Source: Octopus sinensis (Eukaryota). Taken from it: 64,000 nucleotides of DNA. Position 1 is the first letter of the stretch. Every line of letters starts with the position of its first letter. Positions 23,680 through 37,011 of the stretch are shown piece after piece. The notes below the pieces were generated by a model that did not search any database, had not been told where the DNA came from, and saw nothing but the letters and a program-made list of their open reading frames with translations. The stretch is from NCBI RefSeq assembly GCF_006345805.1, contig NC_043017.1, positions 6,882,001 through 6,946,000 of the forward strand, read 5' to 3'. Both the position numbers and the translations under genes were made by a program.

Positions 23680-24050
23680 AAGCTTGAGAGGTGGTTGGAT
23701 GGAACCTACACTCGCCTCCTTATGAGAGCTCAAAATCTCTCGTGGAAGCACCATCCAACCAAAATGCAAATATATGGGTAACTACCACCTGTGTCATCTC
23801 TTGTGAAAGGTAGGAGAGTCCAGTTTGCTGGACATTGTTGTAGAGCTGAAAAAGAAGTAATTTCTACTCTTCTCCTCTGGAAGCCATCTACTCGCAATAC
23901 CAGAGAGCGCACACTCTCCCACCCTGATGTAATCTCCAGGGATACAGGTATCCAGCAACAGGACCTCCGTAATGCCATGATGGACCGTGAAGTCTGGCGT
24001 AGCATGGTAAATTCCATTGTCTCGACCACGGTCGAACAATGATGATGATG
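23680..24050 (+). mobile_element. RTE-clade LINE 3' end with (TGA)n tail
   Basis: Peptide LDGTYTRLLMRAQNLSWK..HPT...RRVQFAGHC.RAEKE..S.LLLWKP....DLRNAMMDREVWRSMV. Confidence 0.8.
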
Positions 24051-24129
24051 ATATTACTCTCTTCAAACCAATTAAAATGTTTTTATTTCTTTCAGACACA
24101 CACACACAGACACCGCTCCAAAGCAGATA

Positions 24130-25030
24130 AAACGCTAACACAAGAATTGGAAAGAAATGCAGTCATTGTTACCATAAGTGTAGAAAACAACAATTTAGAA
24201 ATTGCTAACTTTCTAAATATTGCAAGGAATTTTTTTGTACTCCAAGTTCGGATGGAATAGGAAGCCTCTGGAGTGGATGTTTCAGCTGCATCAAAGAAAA
24301 TAAGCATTCTAGCCGTGCGGACACTATAAGGACATCGCCGTTTCCTCCAATACGTTCAGAGCATCATCAGTGATGATCCCGGAAAATCAATGAAGACCAT
24401 CGCCAAAGAACTTCAGGTGTCGAAGAGAGTTCACTCCGACACATAACTATTAGAACTGCAGTGCACGAGGACATTTGGTACAAATCGTGTGCACTGAGAA
24501 GAGGTCAATTTATGTCTGCAAAGAGACAGGAAACGCATTTGATCTGTGCTGAGCTGTTGCTTAACATGGCTAAAACCCCTCATGAACAGGACCAACATTG
24601 GCTGTTCTTTGATGAGAAAAAAACTTCAACCAAGACCAAAACTCTAGTTGGAAAAATGATTATACACAGATCCTTCTGGTGTCTCTAGAGTGACGCACAC
24701 TAAGGTTCCAGCAACTGTGATGGTTTAAGGCAGTAGTTCCCAAAGTGGGCGGTACTTTCCCCTGGAGGAGGTGGGAAAATCCCGTGGGGGTGGTAATGGG
24801 GTGGCCAAAATGGGATGGTTTACTATAAACCATAATGTGTTAATTAGGTTAATTTTTATTAGTGAAATATAATTGTTTTGAATTTGCTGCAGAAAGCATT
24901 CTACGTTCGTGGTAGTGAGTGGGTGGTGGGCTAGGAATGTGGCTCAAGTGCCAAGGAGGCAGCAACCTGAATGAGTTTGGGAACTACTGGTTTAAGGAGT
25001 GGTGAGTAATGAAGACCATAACAAGTGGAA
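24130..25030 (+). mobile_element. maT/DD37D-like (Tc1-mariner superfamily) transposase relic
   Basis: Peptides LEIANFLNIAR, KSMKTIAKELQVS, VHEDIWYKSCALRRGQFMS, WLFFDEK and HTKVPATVMV|GVVSNE, split by a MITE. Confidence 0.75.
24731..24989. mobile_element. hAT-type MITE with a perfect 8-bp TSD
   Basis: TIRs CAGTAGTTCCCAAA / TTTGGGAACTACTG; TSD GTTTAAGG at 24723-24730 and 24990-24997. Confidence 0.9.
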
Positions 25031-25921
25031 CATGAGAACTCTTGTCTGCGAGAAAGCGCGTATTGATAAATATATTGAAACCACTTGTTTTACCTATCTA
25101 TGGACAATTGGGCATGTGAATTTATGATTTGTTTGAGAAATTGGTTGAATGCATTTCTAATTTTCGTGTTCAATGAACTGGTCAACAAAATGTTTGTTTT
25201 TTTTTATTTTTAAATAGCTAATTTATAATTTTCTATTTTGTTTATAGATAAATCTTTTAAGTTCGTGCAATCACATTAAATGCACATTGAATGCTTCAAA
25301 CTAAAAAAGACGTGTGTTATTTACTTGCTTTCCGCGTGTAGGATACAAATATTGACAACACGTGCTATTTTCAGGATGTTGACGACAAAATGTGCTGTCA
25401 CGCACAAAATGACAGCTCCCAAATGCTGTTTCCTGATTGGGTGAAAATGATCAAACTTTAAACCTCTATAACTTTTTTAAAACATTTTTCAGGAAAAAGT
25501 GAAACAACTCCAGCAATTCAGCTTGGAAAAGTACATTAATGTACCAAATTTTAAAATTTTCGATAAATTTTAATTTTTGAAATGCTGGCAGCCAAACGGA
25601 AAAGATTTTTTAAGAAAGCTTATCGAAAACGTGTAGAAATTTTCATTGAAAGACATTTGAAATGTTGTCAGTAAATTCCCAAATATGCCCTCAAATACAT
25701 TTCGCGGCCTCTATATAATGTGTGTGTGTGCGCGCGCGCGTGTGCGTGTGTGTGTGCTTGTGTGCGTGTGTGTGTGTGTGTGTGTATCAGTGTGTGTGCG
25801 TGCATGTACCAGTGTGTGTGTATGTACCAGTGTGTGTATGTACCAGTGTGTGTGTGTGTGTGTATGTACCAGTGAGTATGCGTGTATAAACCAGTGTGTG
25901 TGTGTGTGTGTACGTACCAGT

Positions 25922-25953
<32 letters not shown>

Positions 25954-26761
25954 ATACGTGTACGTGTGTGTGTGTGTGTGTGTGGTACATATTCCAGTGA
26001 ACTTAAAAACATCAGCCGAAAATGCTGAAAGAAAATGCCACGCAAAACAGGCAGACACACAGACATAGACCTACTTTTTTTTCCTTTCTTTTTTCTTTAC
26101 CCAATTCCGCAGAGTTGAGGGTAGGAGAGACCTTAGAGCAAGACAGAGGGTGGGTTGAAGCGGGGGAGACAGAGCAAATAAAAAAATTTTAAAAACGGGG
26201 TGTCATAAGATCTTTGCTTAAAGGCCTTCCAAACTCACTCTCGTAATAACCACTTAACGTTTGTGCAAGATAAAGAGGAAGGCAGCCCTCGTATGTAGGA
26301 GCAATGACATGCTAGAAAGAGCAGCCAAATCTAGTTCGAACCACACCCTGGTTATCTAAAAAACAAAAGAGGACACATTGGATAATGAGTTTCGTATATA
26401 TTTTTTTGCTTTTTTTACCTGTTACTTGTTCCAGTCATTGGAGTATGGCCATAAAGGAGCACTACCTTGAAGGGTTTTAGTCGAGGACTCTTTAAAAAAA
26501 ATCTGGTATTTATTTTAATAGTCTCTTTTATCGAAACCGCTAGATTTAGGGGATGTAAACCAACCAGCACCGGTTGTCCAGTGGTGGTTTGGGGAAGGGG
26601 CAAACACGAAGACACGCATTAAATGGGAAGCTTGCTGCCCAATCACATTGTTCCGGGTTCAGTCCCACTTCATGGCACCTTGGGCCGGTGTCTACTATAG
26701 CCTCGGGCCGACCAAAGCCTTGTGAGTGTATTTGGTAGACGGAAACTGAAAGAAGCTTATC

Positions 26762-26841
<80 letters not shown>

Positions 26842-26844
<3 letters not shown>

Positions 26845-27060
26845 CGGGAAAGTTAACGAAAATAAACAAAAGACGAAGGCAGGTGGAGTACAAACAAACA
26901 AATGTATTAGCATAGCGCTGAGGAATAGAAATAGAAAAAGTATTTTACGTTTCGAGCCTACGCTCTTCATAAGATACACAGAAAGATACACAGAAAGATA
27001 CACAGAAAAAAACAAGGAGAGAAAAAAATGCGTGTAGGAGCTAACGATCTATCATGGCGT
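26842..27060 (-). mobile_element. HH family 2 repeat; hammerhead-like motif at 26943-26977
   Basis: CTTATGA-A-GAGC(gtag)GCTC-GAAA-CGTA; begins in (TA)n. Confidence 0.45.
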
Positions 27061-29454
27061 CCAGATATATATAAAATTCGTTTGTGTTTCAGCCAGGCGG
27101 CTGTTCTCATGCTGGACGGGCTTCCATACAGTTTCTGTCAATCGAATTCTTTCACAAGACGTTGGTTGGCCAGTAAACTATGGTAGAAGACGCTTGCCCA
27201 AGGGGCCTCACAGTGGGACTGAACCCGAAATCACGTGGTTGCAAAACGAATTTCTTGACCACTCTGACAAAGTAAACAAAAAAACATTGTTTGGATATAT
27301 TTGGAACGTATCTGATCATAGACCTGCTTCGTGAACTGAGCTGACCAAGGGTTAAATAACCATAACGAGCGAAGGAGGGGCCGCCCACGGCGTATTTCGA
27401 TGAATTTGAAATTAACGACCACGCAGTCAAATTACACCTGACCGTCTTTTAAAAAGAATATAGTCCTAGATATACTAGGACAACAAAAAATATGCATATA
27501 TATGTCTATCCGTATGTGTGTGTATACATATGTGCATGAATCTAGGTACATTTATGTGTGTATGTATGTATATATGTACTTGTGTGTATGTATATGTATG
27601 TATGCATATGTGAGAGTGTGTATATATGTAAGAATGTACTCATGCAATGTATATAAATGTATGTGTGTGTTTGTACGTGTGTGTGTTGTGTGTGTGTTTG
27701 TGAGTCTGTGTGTGTGTGTATGTGAGTGAGTGTGTGTGTGTGTGGCTATATGTATTTATGTATGAATGTATACGTATATGTATATGTACGTACATATGTA
27801 TGTTTGTATGGATATGCGTGTGCGTGTGAGAGAGAGAAAGAGAGAGAGACAGACATACAAACAGACATACAGACAGACAGTGTGTGTACGTGCGTATGTG
27901 TGTGTGTGTGTTTCTAATAATAGCGGTGCTCTCCTTCTCTATAATTATTCCTTCGGATAGAATTGTTTATTGTTTTAGGAACATTATACTGCATTGGAGC
28001 GTGGTATGTTTATGGCATTTGGGGAGTAGCTATACACACACACAAACACATATGTACACACACATATACACACATACACAATCACATGAACATTCACTCA
28101 CACATAGACACATATACACGCACATCTCACGCAGACACAAACACACCACATACACACATATACACACACACACCCTCCGGTTGATCCAAGCCTATAGGGG
28201 GAAATTAAGTAGACAGAAACTGTGCGGAATCTTGCCGGATGGTTTATACCACTCTTCCACAGTTTCCACTTCCTTTTCTGACAACATCGATACACACACA
28301 CACACACACACCACACACACACACACACACACACCACACACACACGGATGGACGTATACCCTCTATATAGGCGCAATATGACAGAATGATTCAATAATTC
28401 GCTTCGTAACAAATTACTGGTTTCGATCTCATCTTCGACAAATATTGCTTTCCATATCCTCGATTTGACCCGTATTATTTTATTTGACCCGTAGTTTGTG
28501 AGAAAAATTAGGGCAACAGAAACAGGATAAAAGGCCATCGTATGGGTTGTACTCTTAAGTCAAATGTCCGGCCGTGTTGCAGACTGTCAGACTGAGAATT
28601 ATGTCAGTGGAATACTCGGCCACTTACACGATTGACTGAAGCTGCATTTCTCTGGTCAAGCCTTGATATTGTATCATCCTGGTTCGATCTGAGAATTATG
28701 TTCAAGATACAAGTGTCTTGTCTCGTCGAGTTTTTCTCTATCGTTATTACCACAGGAAGTGCTCTAATGAACTTCCGCTCTTTGTCCCAAATCACTTTAT
28801 GCCATCTCGACTCTCAAAACGCGCAGCATCTTCATCCGAATGCCATCTTAGGGTTTTGGCTGCTTCTTATGACCTGAACTCTTTCAAGTCTAAAGTAGAT
28901 TCATTTCTTTCGTCTTAATTTCTCCTTCCTCGTGGTTCCTTACACAAAATGGTTTCTCGCTTTGTTTGGAACTTTCTTAAAGAAGAAATATTTTTTTAAG
29001 ATTTACACTATAATACAAACTGATCAAGATTAGGTATAGGAGCATGCGCAGTTGCAGTGCGTTGCTGCATCCGCCATTTGTCGTTATTCCTTACTCCTGG
29101 CGGATGACATCTTTGCATCACTCAGGCGACGATCCTCCAACACATCTTGTCCTCCAGGGGTTTTCTCATACGACGGGACTTGTAGGCAGTCGAGATACCT
29201 TCCCGGAGGATTGAACTTCACGTGTCTGTTTTGGAAGTCGTTCCTGGAAAAGATTTTTACAAGATCGGAGTGCAAATCGCATCTCAACCTCTTTTAGTCG
29301 CCTTTTACGGCATGCAGAGGACACGTTGGGTCTATTCTTTGACATGCCGGTTCCCACACAGCAATGTATGATAATATATACTCGTAATAATATACGACTA
29401 TATATTATCAATACAATATGGCTATATATTATCATGTGTAGTAGTCACTTAATT

Positions 29455-29554
29455 TACTCGTGTATAAGTCGAAGTATTTCACACTTGATTCTTAACAGAC
29501 AAACTAGGGTGGGACTTATACACGAGTGCAGCTTATGCGCAAGTAAAAACGGTA
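29455..29554 (-). mobile_element. Possible pogo/Tigger-like DNA transposon terminus
   Basis: Terminal TACCGT..., with internal repeated TTATACACGAGT / CTCGTGTATAAG motifs; no convincing transposase. Confidence 0.35.
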
Positions 29555-29868
29555 TACACGACTATACATAATTACTTATAAATACGTCTACATAATAGTT
29601 ATAGATGATAAAACATATATAGCTATATATATTTGATTATATAGTACACGATTGTATATATAGTTATATACGACTATTGAAGAGGTCGCAAGACGCAATG
29701 AAAATTCGAGAAAAAATAGGTAAATAAGTGGAAATCGAACCGGTGAGTGTGTTAAGTAATAAGGCACTAAAAGAGAATGACTATCCCCAGACACAAAATG
29801 TGTGTATGTGTATATATGTGTGTGTGTATATATGTGTATGTGTGTATATATATATATATGTGTGTGTG

Positions 29869-29918
<50 letters not shown>

Positions 29919-31089
29919 CAAACATACACATACATATAAGAAATTCAATAAATGACAAGAGAACAAGAAATTGTGTCATAAACTTTCATTAGCTTACAAC
30001 TGTTTCTGCTACAAAATACAATGCTCTTATAGTTGAATGCTTGTGTATCACCCCATAGCTTCGTTGAAGTTTCGAAAATGAAGTGCGATTGGGAGGTGGG
30101 TATGAAGCATTGACGTACACACAGAGAAAGCATTGCCAACGGAAAAAAAACATAAACGTATATAGGAAATGCAGTCAAGAGTTTGAGGGGCAGAAGCCCC
30201 TTCTACAATGAGCTTCCACGCAGTTTCTGTCGATCAAAACCACTCACAAGGCATTGGTAGGCTCGGAGGCTATAGCAGGAAAAGGTCAAAGTGCCACGCA
30301 GTGGGAATGAACCCGAAACCACGTGATTGCAGAGCGAACATCTTAGCCACATCTCTGTTTCTATCGATGTTTACTTTGGAAATTAAAAACAATGTATTGC
30401 TTGGAGTTTTATTTTTACTGGTCTCCATTGAAGTTTAAGTACGACGTTGCTTTGTATATCTTCTTTTGATTTCTCGCTCTCAATCGTTCCCATACGTGGA
30501 GCATATTCTACGTTTAGTTTTTGTACCAATTAGTTTTCCATTGTGGCCGCGTAAAAACGCTAAATTGAGAAGGACATAAACAAACTAACACCAGTTGTCA
30601 AGCAGGGTCTGTGGTGGGAGACAAACATAGGCACAGACAAACACACACATATACACATACGTACGACCGGCTTCCATACAGTTTCCATCTACCAAATTAA
30701 CTCACACGACTACAGTGAAAGATATTTGCTCAAGGTTTCACGCAGTGGAACTGAAATGAAATGCAAAGTGACCTTCTCAAGCACATGGCTACACCGGCAT
30801 CGATACTTGTAATGGCATTTATCTCCGAAATCCTCTAAGTCTAGACATCGTACTTTCAGTGATATTTCGTTTGTTTGTGGTTATTGCACACGAAGTTAAA
30901 AAGCGTAATTTCATCTGACCTGAACCTTTGTTGCGAGTGATTCACAAATGTATCTTCCTGTTGTGTTTAGAGCGTCGACTTTTTCTTGGTACAGTTTCTC
31001 TTGTGCGTGTATGTGTGTGTACGAATGTATATGTTGTATAATATATATATATAATATAATATATATATTATATATACACACACACCACA

Positions 31090-31293
31090 TTTGTGACCTC
31101 GTGTGTACCGTTGGCGATTTTTTTTCCTCTGTCTTCCCTTCTCTGGATCTTTCCTTCTCCTATGTTTCCGACGAAGAGCTCCGCTCGAAACGTTTTAACC
31201 CTCCTTCTTCTCTTCTTTCCTGAGCGTCCAATAATACTATATTTGTTCCACGTCCTCGCGTTGTTGTGTTTTTTTTAGCTTTCTTGTTTGGAT

Positions 31294-31298
<5 letters not shown>
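31090..31298 (+). mobile_element. HH family 1 copy (motif 31164-31199, core CCGACGA)
   Basis: Homologous to 8438-8646; U4C change in the core and altered stem I. Confidence 0.65.
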
Positions 31299-31336
<38 letters not shown>

Positions 31337-31625
31337 GCACGCATGCATATATGGGTACAGGATATCACCAGCTGTGCAAATAACATGAGATACGTAAACA
31401 ATGAGAAAAAAAATGGAAAAGACAAGACAAGTAAACGGCTGTCTGTCTACTCCTCATTTCAAGCATTCAACGACAATGTGACTCTTCAAAGGCAGTTGCT
31501 CCCATAAACTCTAAAATAAAATTCAGGATTTACGGAGGGTCAAAGTTGGGAACAAAAACATGACAGTGGAGACATACAATGAAACCGAACGGATACACAC
31601 ACACACATACACACACATATATATA

Positions 31626-31846
31626 TATGAAGAGGTGCTGAAAAGTTCCTAGCTTTGGTCAAAAGAAAATACAGGATCATCAGTTAATTATGATTTTATT
31701 CAACATAATCCCTTCTCAGATTCTTACACTTATTGCAGAAGTCCTTCAGTTTTTCTAAGCCCTGCAAAAGAACTCAGAACGTTGAACCTCCAACCAGGCC
31801 TTTCGAGATACCCTTAAAGCCAGGAACCTTTCACCACCCCCTTGTA
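31626..31846. mobile_element. Mariner-derived MITE (~220 bp, ~31-bp TIRs, TA ends)
   Basis: TAtgaagaggtgctgaaaagttcctagcttt ... aaagccaggaacctttcaccacccccttgTA; truncated relatives at 52071-52257 and ~52870-53058. Confidence 0.75.
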
Positions 31847-32138
31847 CACGTACACACACACGCACACATATGATAAAGAGTATGAAGGCTTGTACATCCA
31901 TAAATTTTATTTAATAATTATATCCAGTATATTATGACCTACACGTGTTTCCAATTTGGCGGAAACGCGTGTAGGCCATTATAATATGGTGTATATAACT
32001 TATATACATATGAGTACGGGTGTGTATGTGGAAGTTGGTTTCTTTAGGGTCCCATAACCTAGCAGTTCGACAAACGCTTCCGATAGAATATATGTATATA
32101 TATACACACACATACACGTATATATATATTATATATAT

Positions 32139-32185
<47 letters not shown>

Positions 32186-32220
32186 TATATATATATATAT
32201 ATATTATATATCTATGTATG

Positions 32221-32278
<58 letters not shown>

Positions 32279-32737
32279 GTGTGGTGTGTGTGTGTGGTGT
32301 TCGTGTGGGGTTGGGCCGCTAGGTGAGCGGGTGTGTACGACTACGACGTGTATACAAGATGGGCTTCGTGCAATTTCTATCAATCAAATTCACTCACCGG
32401 ATATTGGTCGCTCCGAAGTTATTTTAGTAAATTCATTATTTTCAAAATAACTGTGCGGTTGTGATTGAACCGGAAACCGGATTTTTGCGAAGCGAACGTC
32501 GAAAGAACACAGTTATGTCATAAGAATGCAAATGTGTTGGCATACGAGTATACATATACGTGCGTATGTGTTTGTATGCATATACGCATGTATATTGGTA
32601 CGTATGTATGTGTGTATGTATGCAACTATGTATATACGTTTCTATGTTTGTATATATGCAGCTATGTCTATACATTTATTGATGTGTATGTATGTATGTA
32701 TGTGTATATATATATATATTTATATATATTTATATAT

Positions 32738-32945
32738 AGTTAATCCAATCATGAAAACACAAAGAGAAAACACAACAACGCAAGGACGTGGAACAAGTAT
32801 AGTGTTATTGGACGCTCAGGAAAGGAAAGAAAGAAGGAGGGTTTAACGTTTCGAGCAGGAGCTCTTCGTCAGAAACATAGGAAAAGGAAAGATCCAAGGA
32901 AGGGAAGACGGAGGGGGAAAAAATCGCCAACGATACACACGCGGT
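32738..32945 (-). mobile_element. HH family 1 copy (intact motif 32841-32876)
   Basis: GTTT-CTGACGA-A-GAGC(tcct)GCTC-GAAA-CGTT-AAAC on the minus strand. Confidence 0.65.
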
Positions 32946-33214
32946 ATGTATGTATGTATGTAGGCATGTAGGCATGTTTATGCACGCGGGCACACATGTG
33001 TGTGTGTGTAACATTGTAAACGAAAGCGTGTATTCAATGCCATACGGAAAGAGAAGAGAAAGCGAAACCCTAGCCGTAATTTTCAGCAGTTTTCAGAATA
33101 AGAAGTGAAGATACTTTCAAGTGTTTAATATTGACACAATTGTGACGAACAATAAAGCAGACAAAAAAAAAAGACCAAGGACAATCTGATCTCTTGATTT
33201 CGAGGCGAGCGACA

Positions 33215-33261
33215 GCTATGGACAAATGTTTCGGTCTAGATTTTTGCCTCATCAGGATAAC
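33215..33261 (-). ncRNA. Type I hammerhead-like motif with canonical CUGAUGA core and GUC site
   Basis: GTTATC-CTGATGA-GG(caaaaatctaga)CC-GAAA-C(attt)G-TC-CATAGC. Confidence 0.55.
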
Positions 33262-33504
33262 ATCTGTCCTAATCGCCTCCGAAAAGATATTGACAATTTA
33301 ACAAATACAAAACGGAAAGAGTTTAGAACAGCCATGTGCAACAGTCATTTACATTAATTAAAACTTTAATGAGCTAAGAGAAGCATAATTCTAATGAGTC
33401 ATTCGCATAAATTTGGACAACGAATTACACGGAATGCGGTGGGGGGTTAAATGGTGAGTGTTGTGCATTAAAGTTTCTTAAATTATTGCGTTTTCCTTCA
33501 CGTA

Positions 33505-33538
<34 letters not shown>

Positions 33539-33592
33539 ACACAAACTTACGTATGCTAAACATGCTTACGTTTCCATGCACATAAACATATA

Positions 33593-33629
<37 letters not shown>

Positions 33630-33738
33630 ATCAGGAGGTGTAGTGTAGCGTTGATATGTGTGTGTAGTGTATGATGAGTAAGACGCGAATGCTTGTTACA
33701 TGAGACTAATTATGCATTTAGTCATAATACTATGTACG

Positions 33739-33775
<37 letters not shown>

Positions 33776-33826
33776 ATGTGTGTGTGTGCGTGTGTGTGTG
33801 TGTGTGTATACATACCTACATGTAGT

Positions 33827-33860
<34 letters not shown>

Positions 33861-33957
33861 TGTATGTATATGTATATATATACACACCCACATACGTATG
33901 AAGGTTTATATATATATATATATATATATACGTACATATATAGTGATATATGTACAT

Positions 33958-34005
<48 letters not shown>

Positions 34006-34282
34006 TATATATATATATAAACTGCGTATACATATATATATATATAGATATAGATATAGATACACACGCCTACATATATGTGTGTGTATGTGTGTATACG
34101 TACATACTTATATTTATACACACACCACACACACATACAAATATATGTATTTAGAGAGAGAGCGAGACCTATATATACATATACTCATCCTTGTGTGTGT
34201 GTGTATGTCTTTGTGCGCGCGCCGGCGTGTGTATTACGATATATATCCGTTTCTCATAGTTTCGAGCTCCCTGCACCGTGTC

Positions 34283-34317
<35 letters not shown>

Positions 34318-34468
34318 CGTGACTTTATGCAGAAATATGCAAATACTTTCGCTCCTTCTCTGTACGTACGTGTGCGTGCTGGTGCCTGCTTCTGCGTGTG
34401 TACAAGTGTTCCTGTGTATGTGTGCGTGTATGTATCATGCGTGCAAGTGTGTGTGTGTGTATGTGTGT

Positions 34469-34500
<32 letters not shown>

Positions 34501-34589
34501 TGTGTGTGTGGAATAAAAATTGCAGTTGATATTTAGTAAAAAAAAAATGTTTAGGAATATTTTAAGTGACATAGAATTAAGTAAGGCAA

Positions 34590-35080
34590 GTGAGAGAGAG
34601 GAAGGGGGTAGAGGAAATAAGGGGGCGACGGCGTAAGAGGAGGAGGGGAGAAGAAGAAGAAGAAGAAGAAGAAGAAGAAGAAGAAGAAGAAGAAGAAGAA
34701 GAACAGAAGAAAAGGAGAGAGAAGAGCAAAAGTAGAAACAGGAGAAGAAAAGGAGAGGAAAAGAAACAAGAAAAAGTGGAAGAGTAAAAGAAATAGAAAG
34801 GGGGAGGGGGAAAAGAAACAAAAGAAGAGGAGGAGGGGGAAAGAAACAAGAAAAGGAAGAAAAGGGAAAAATAGAAAAGGAGGAGGAGGGAAAGAAACAG
34901 AAGAAGGAGGAGGGGGGAAAGATACAGAAGAAGAGGAGGAGGGAAAGAAACAAAAGAAGAGGAGGAGGGAAAGATACAGAAGAAGAGGAGGAGAGAGAGA
35001 GAAACAAAAGTAGGAAGAGGAGAAAAAGAAGAGGAACAACAACAATGACAAAAGCAAAAACAACAACAACAACAATTAGA
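34590..35080. repeat. Purine-rich (GAA)n/(GGA)n tract with a degenerate ~27-29-bp unit
   Basis: Direct reading; source of the poly-Glu/Phe/Ser ORFs. Confidence 0.85.
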
Positions 35081-35129
35081 AGTGGGGGAAAAAAGCCTGA
35101 AGCTATGCGAAAATAAAAAGAACAAAAGG

Positions 35130-35760
35130 GGAAAGAAAAGGATGGAAAGAAGAACCCTTAAAGAATGACAAGATTCTTGTTCTTTAAGAAATGACAAGAT
35201 TTTTAGCGTTTCAATTGCAAGAATGGTAAAATTCTTATTGGAATGATAGAACAAATTCTTTCTGTTATGCTCAAAGAATGGTAAATTTCTTATTCTTTTA
35301 CAAGAGTATTTGTGTAAAACACTAGAATCTTTACGGTTCCACTCAAAGAATTCCCACTGTTTTTACTCATAAAATTATAAATTAAGCGCTTTACTTTACA
35401 CAAAGACAACTTCTATTCTTGAGTGTTTTACTCAAAGAATGGTAAATTTCTTGTTCTTTTACAAGAGTTCTTTTTTTAAAAAAAAAGCTGGGATCTTTAC
35501 AATTTCACTCAAAGAATGGTAGAATTTCGAGTGTTTTATATAAAGAATTGGAATTTTTTAGTGCTTTACTTAAAAAAATTAATTCTCAATGTTTTACTCC
35601 AAAAAATGGAAAAATTCTTATTCCTTTTTACGAGAGTATTTTATAAGAATGATAAAATATTTACTGTTTTACTCAAAGAATGGTACAATTCCTACTGCTT
35701 TACTTCAAGAATGGTAGAATTCCTAGTTTTATTAAAACAATGATTAATTCTTTTATCTTT
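35130..35760. repeat. Degenerate AT-rich satellite (ctcaaagaatggtaaa-type monomers, ~160-bp higher period)
   Basis: ctcaaagaatggtaaatttcttattcttttacaagag-like blocks near 35271, 35431 and 35597. Confidence 0.65.
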
Positions 35761-36733
35761 TGCTTGTTTTTTTAGTAATTAGACTGCGGCCATGCTGGGG
35801 CACTCCCTTGAAGAATTTTTAGTCGAATGAATCAACTACTGTACTTAGTTTTATTTTTTAAGCCCAGTACTTGTTCTGTCGGGTTCTTATGCCGAACTTC
35901 TAAGTTATGGGGACATAAACACACCAACACCGGTTGTCAAGAGGTGGGAATGGGAACAAGCACAAACACACACATGTGTGTGTGAAGAATTTCTTTCAGT
36001 GTGCGTCTACCAAATTCTCTCACAAGGCTTTGATCGGCCCTGGGCTATAGTAGAAGACACTTGCCCAAGGTGCCATGCAGTGGGACTGAACCCGGAACCA
36101 TACGGCTGGGAAGCAAGCTACTTACCACACATCCACTCCTGCGTCTGTTTATTTTTACTCAAAGAACGCTAGAATTTTTTTAACGTGAATTTTTTTTTTG
36201 ATTGTTTATATTCATAGAATTAAAAGGAATCAAAAGCCTTACAAAGCTTTGGTGTTTTGCTGAAAGAATGGTAAATTCTTGCTGCTTATTTTTTTATCGT
36301 TTTGCTTGTTTCAGTCATTAAAATGCGGCCATGCTAGAGCACCACTTTAAATGGTCTTAGTCGAACAAACTGAGCCAGTATTTATGTTGCTTTTTTCTTT
36401 TGGCTTGTTTAAAGTTTTTTTCTAGAGGTCTCGATTACCGAACTGTTAAGTTACGTGGACGTAAACATACGAACACTGGCTGTCAAGAAGTGGGAGGAGG
36501 ACAAACATAGTCACAATGACACACAACCAACTGATGTATAATAAAAGGAGTAAAAGAGAAACAGTGTGTGTGTTGGCATTATGACCCTTCCGAGATACTA
36601 CAAAATCTGTTTCATTTCAGCACACAAGTTCACATCAAGAATCTTGCAACCCAAACTCAAGAACAACAGCCAGATAGATAAATAGAGAGAGATATATAGA
36701 CACAACCACAGATGGATAAATAGAGATAGATAG

Positions 36734-36765
<32 letters not shown>

Positions 36766-37011
36766 ATAGATAGACAGATAGACACGACGAAATTCTACAC
36801 ACTTTCCATCCACCAAATCCATTCAGTCGCAGAGGCATTGGGCAGCTGGTGATATAGTAGAAGACACTTGACAAAGGTGCCACGCAGTAGGACTGAACAC
36901 ACAACCAAGTTATTGCAAAACGAGCTCGTTAACCACAGAACCAGGTCTACCTTTATAAAGAACATAAATTCTTAACTGTTTTACCAAAATCATGACAAAT
37001 TCTTACTGTTT

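Noticed and set aside
34435-35254. Several long Phe/Ser/Glu-rich ORFs
   Set aside because: Purine-rich simple repeat.
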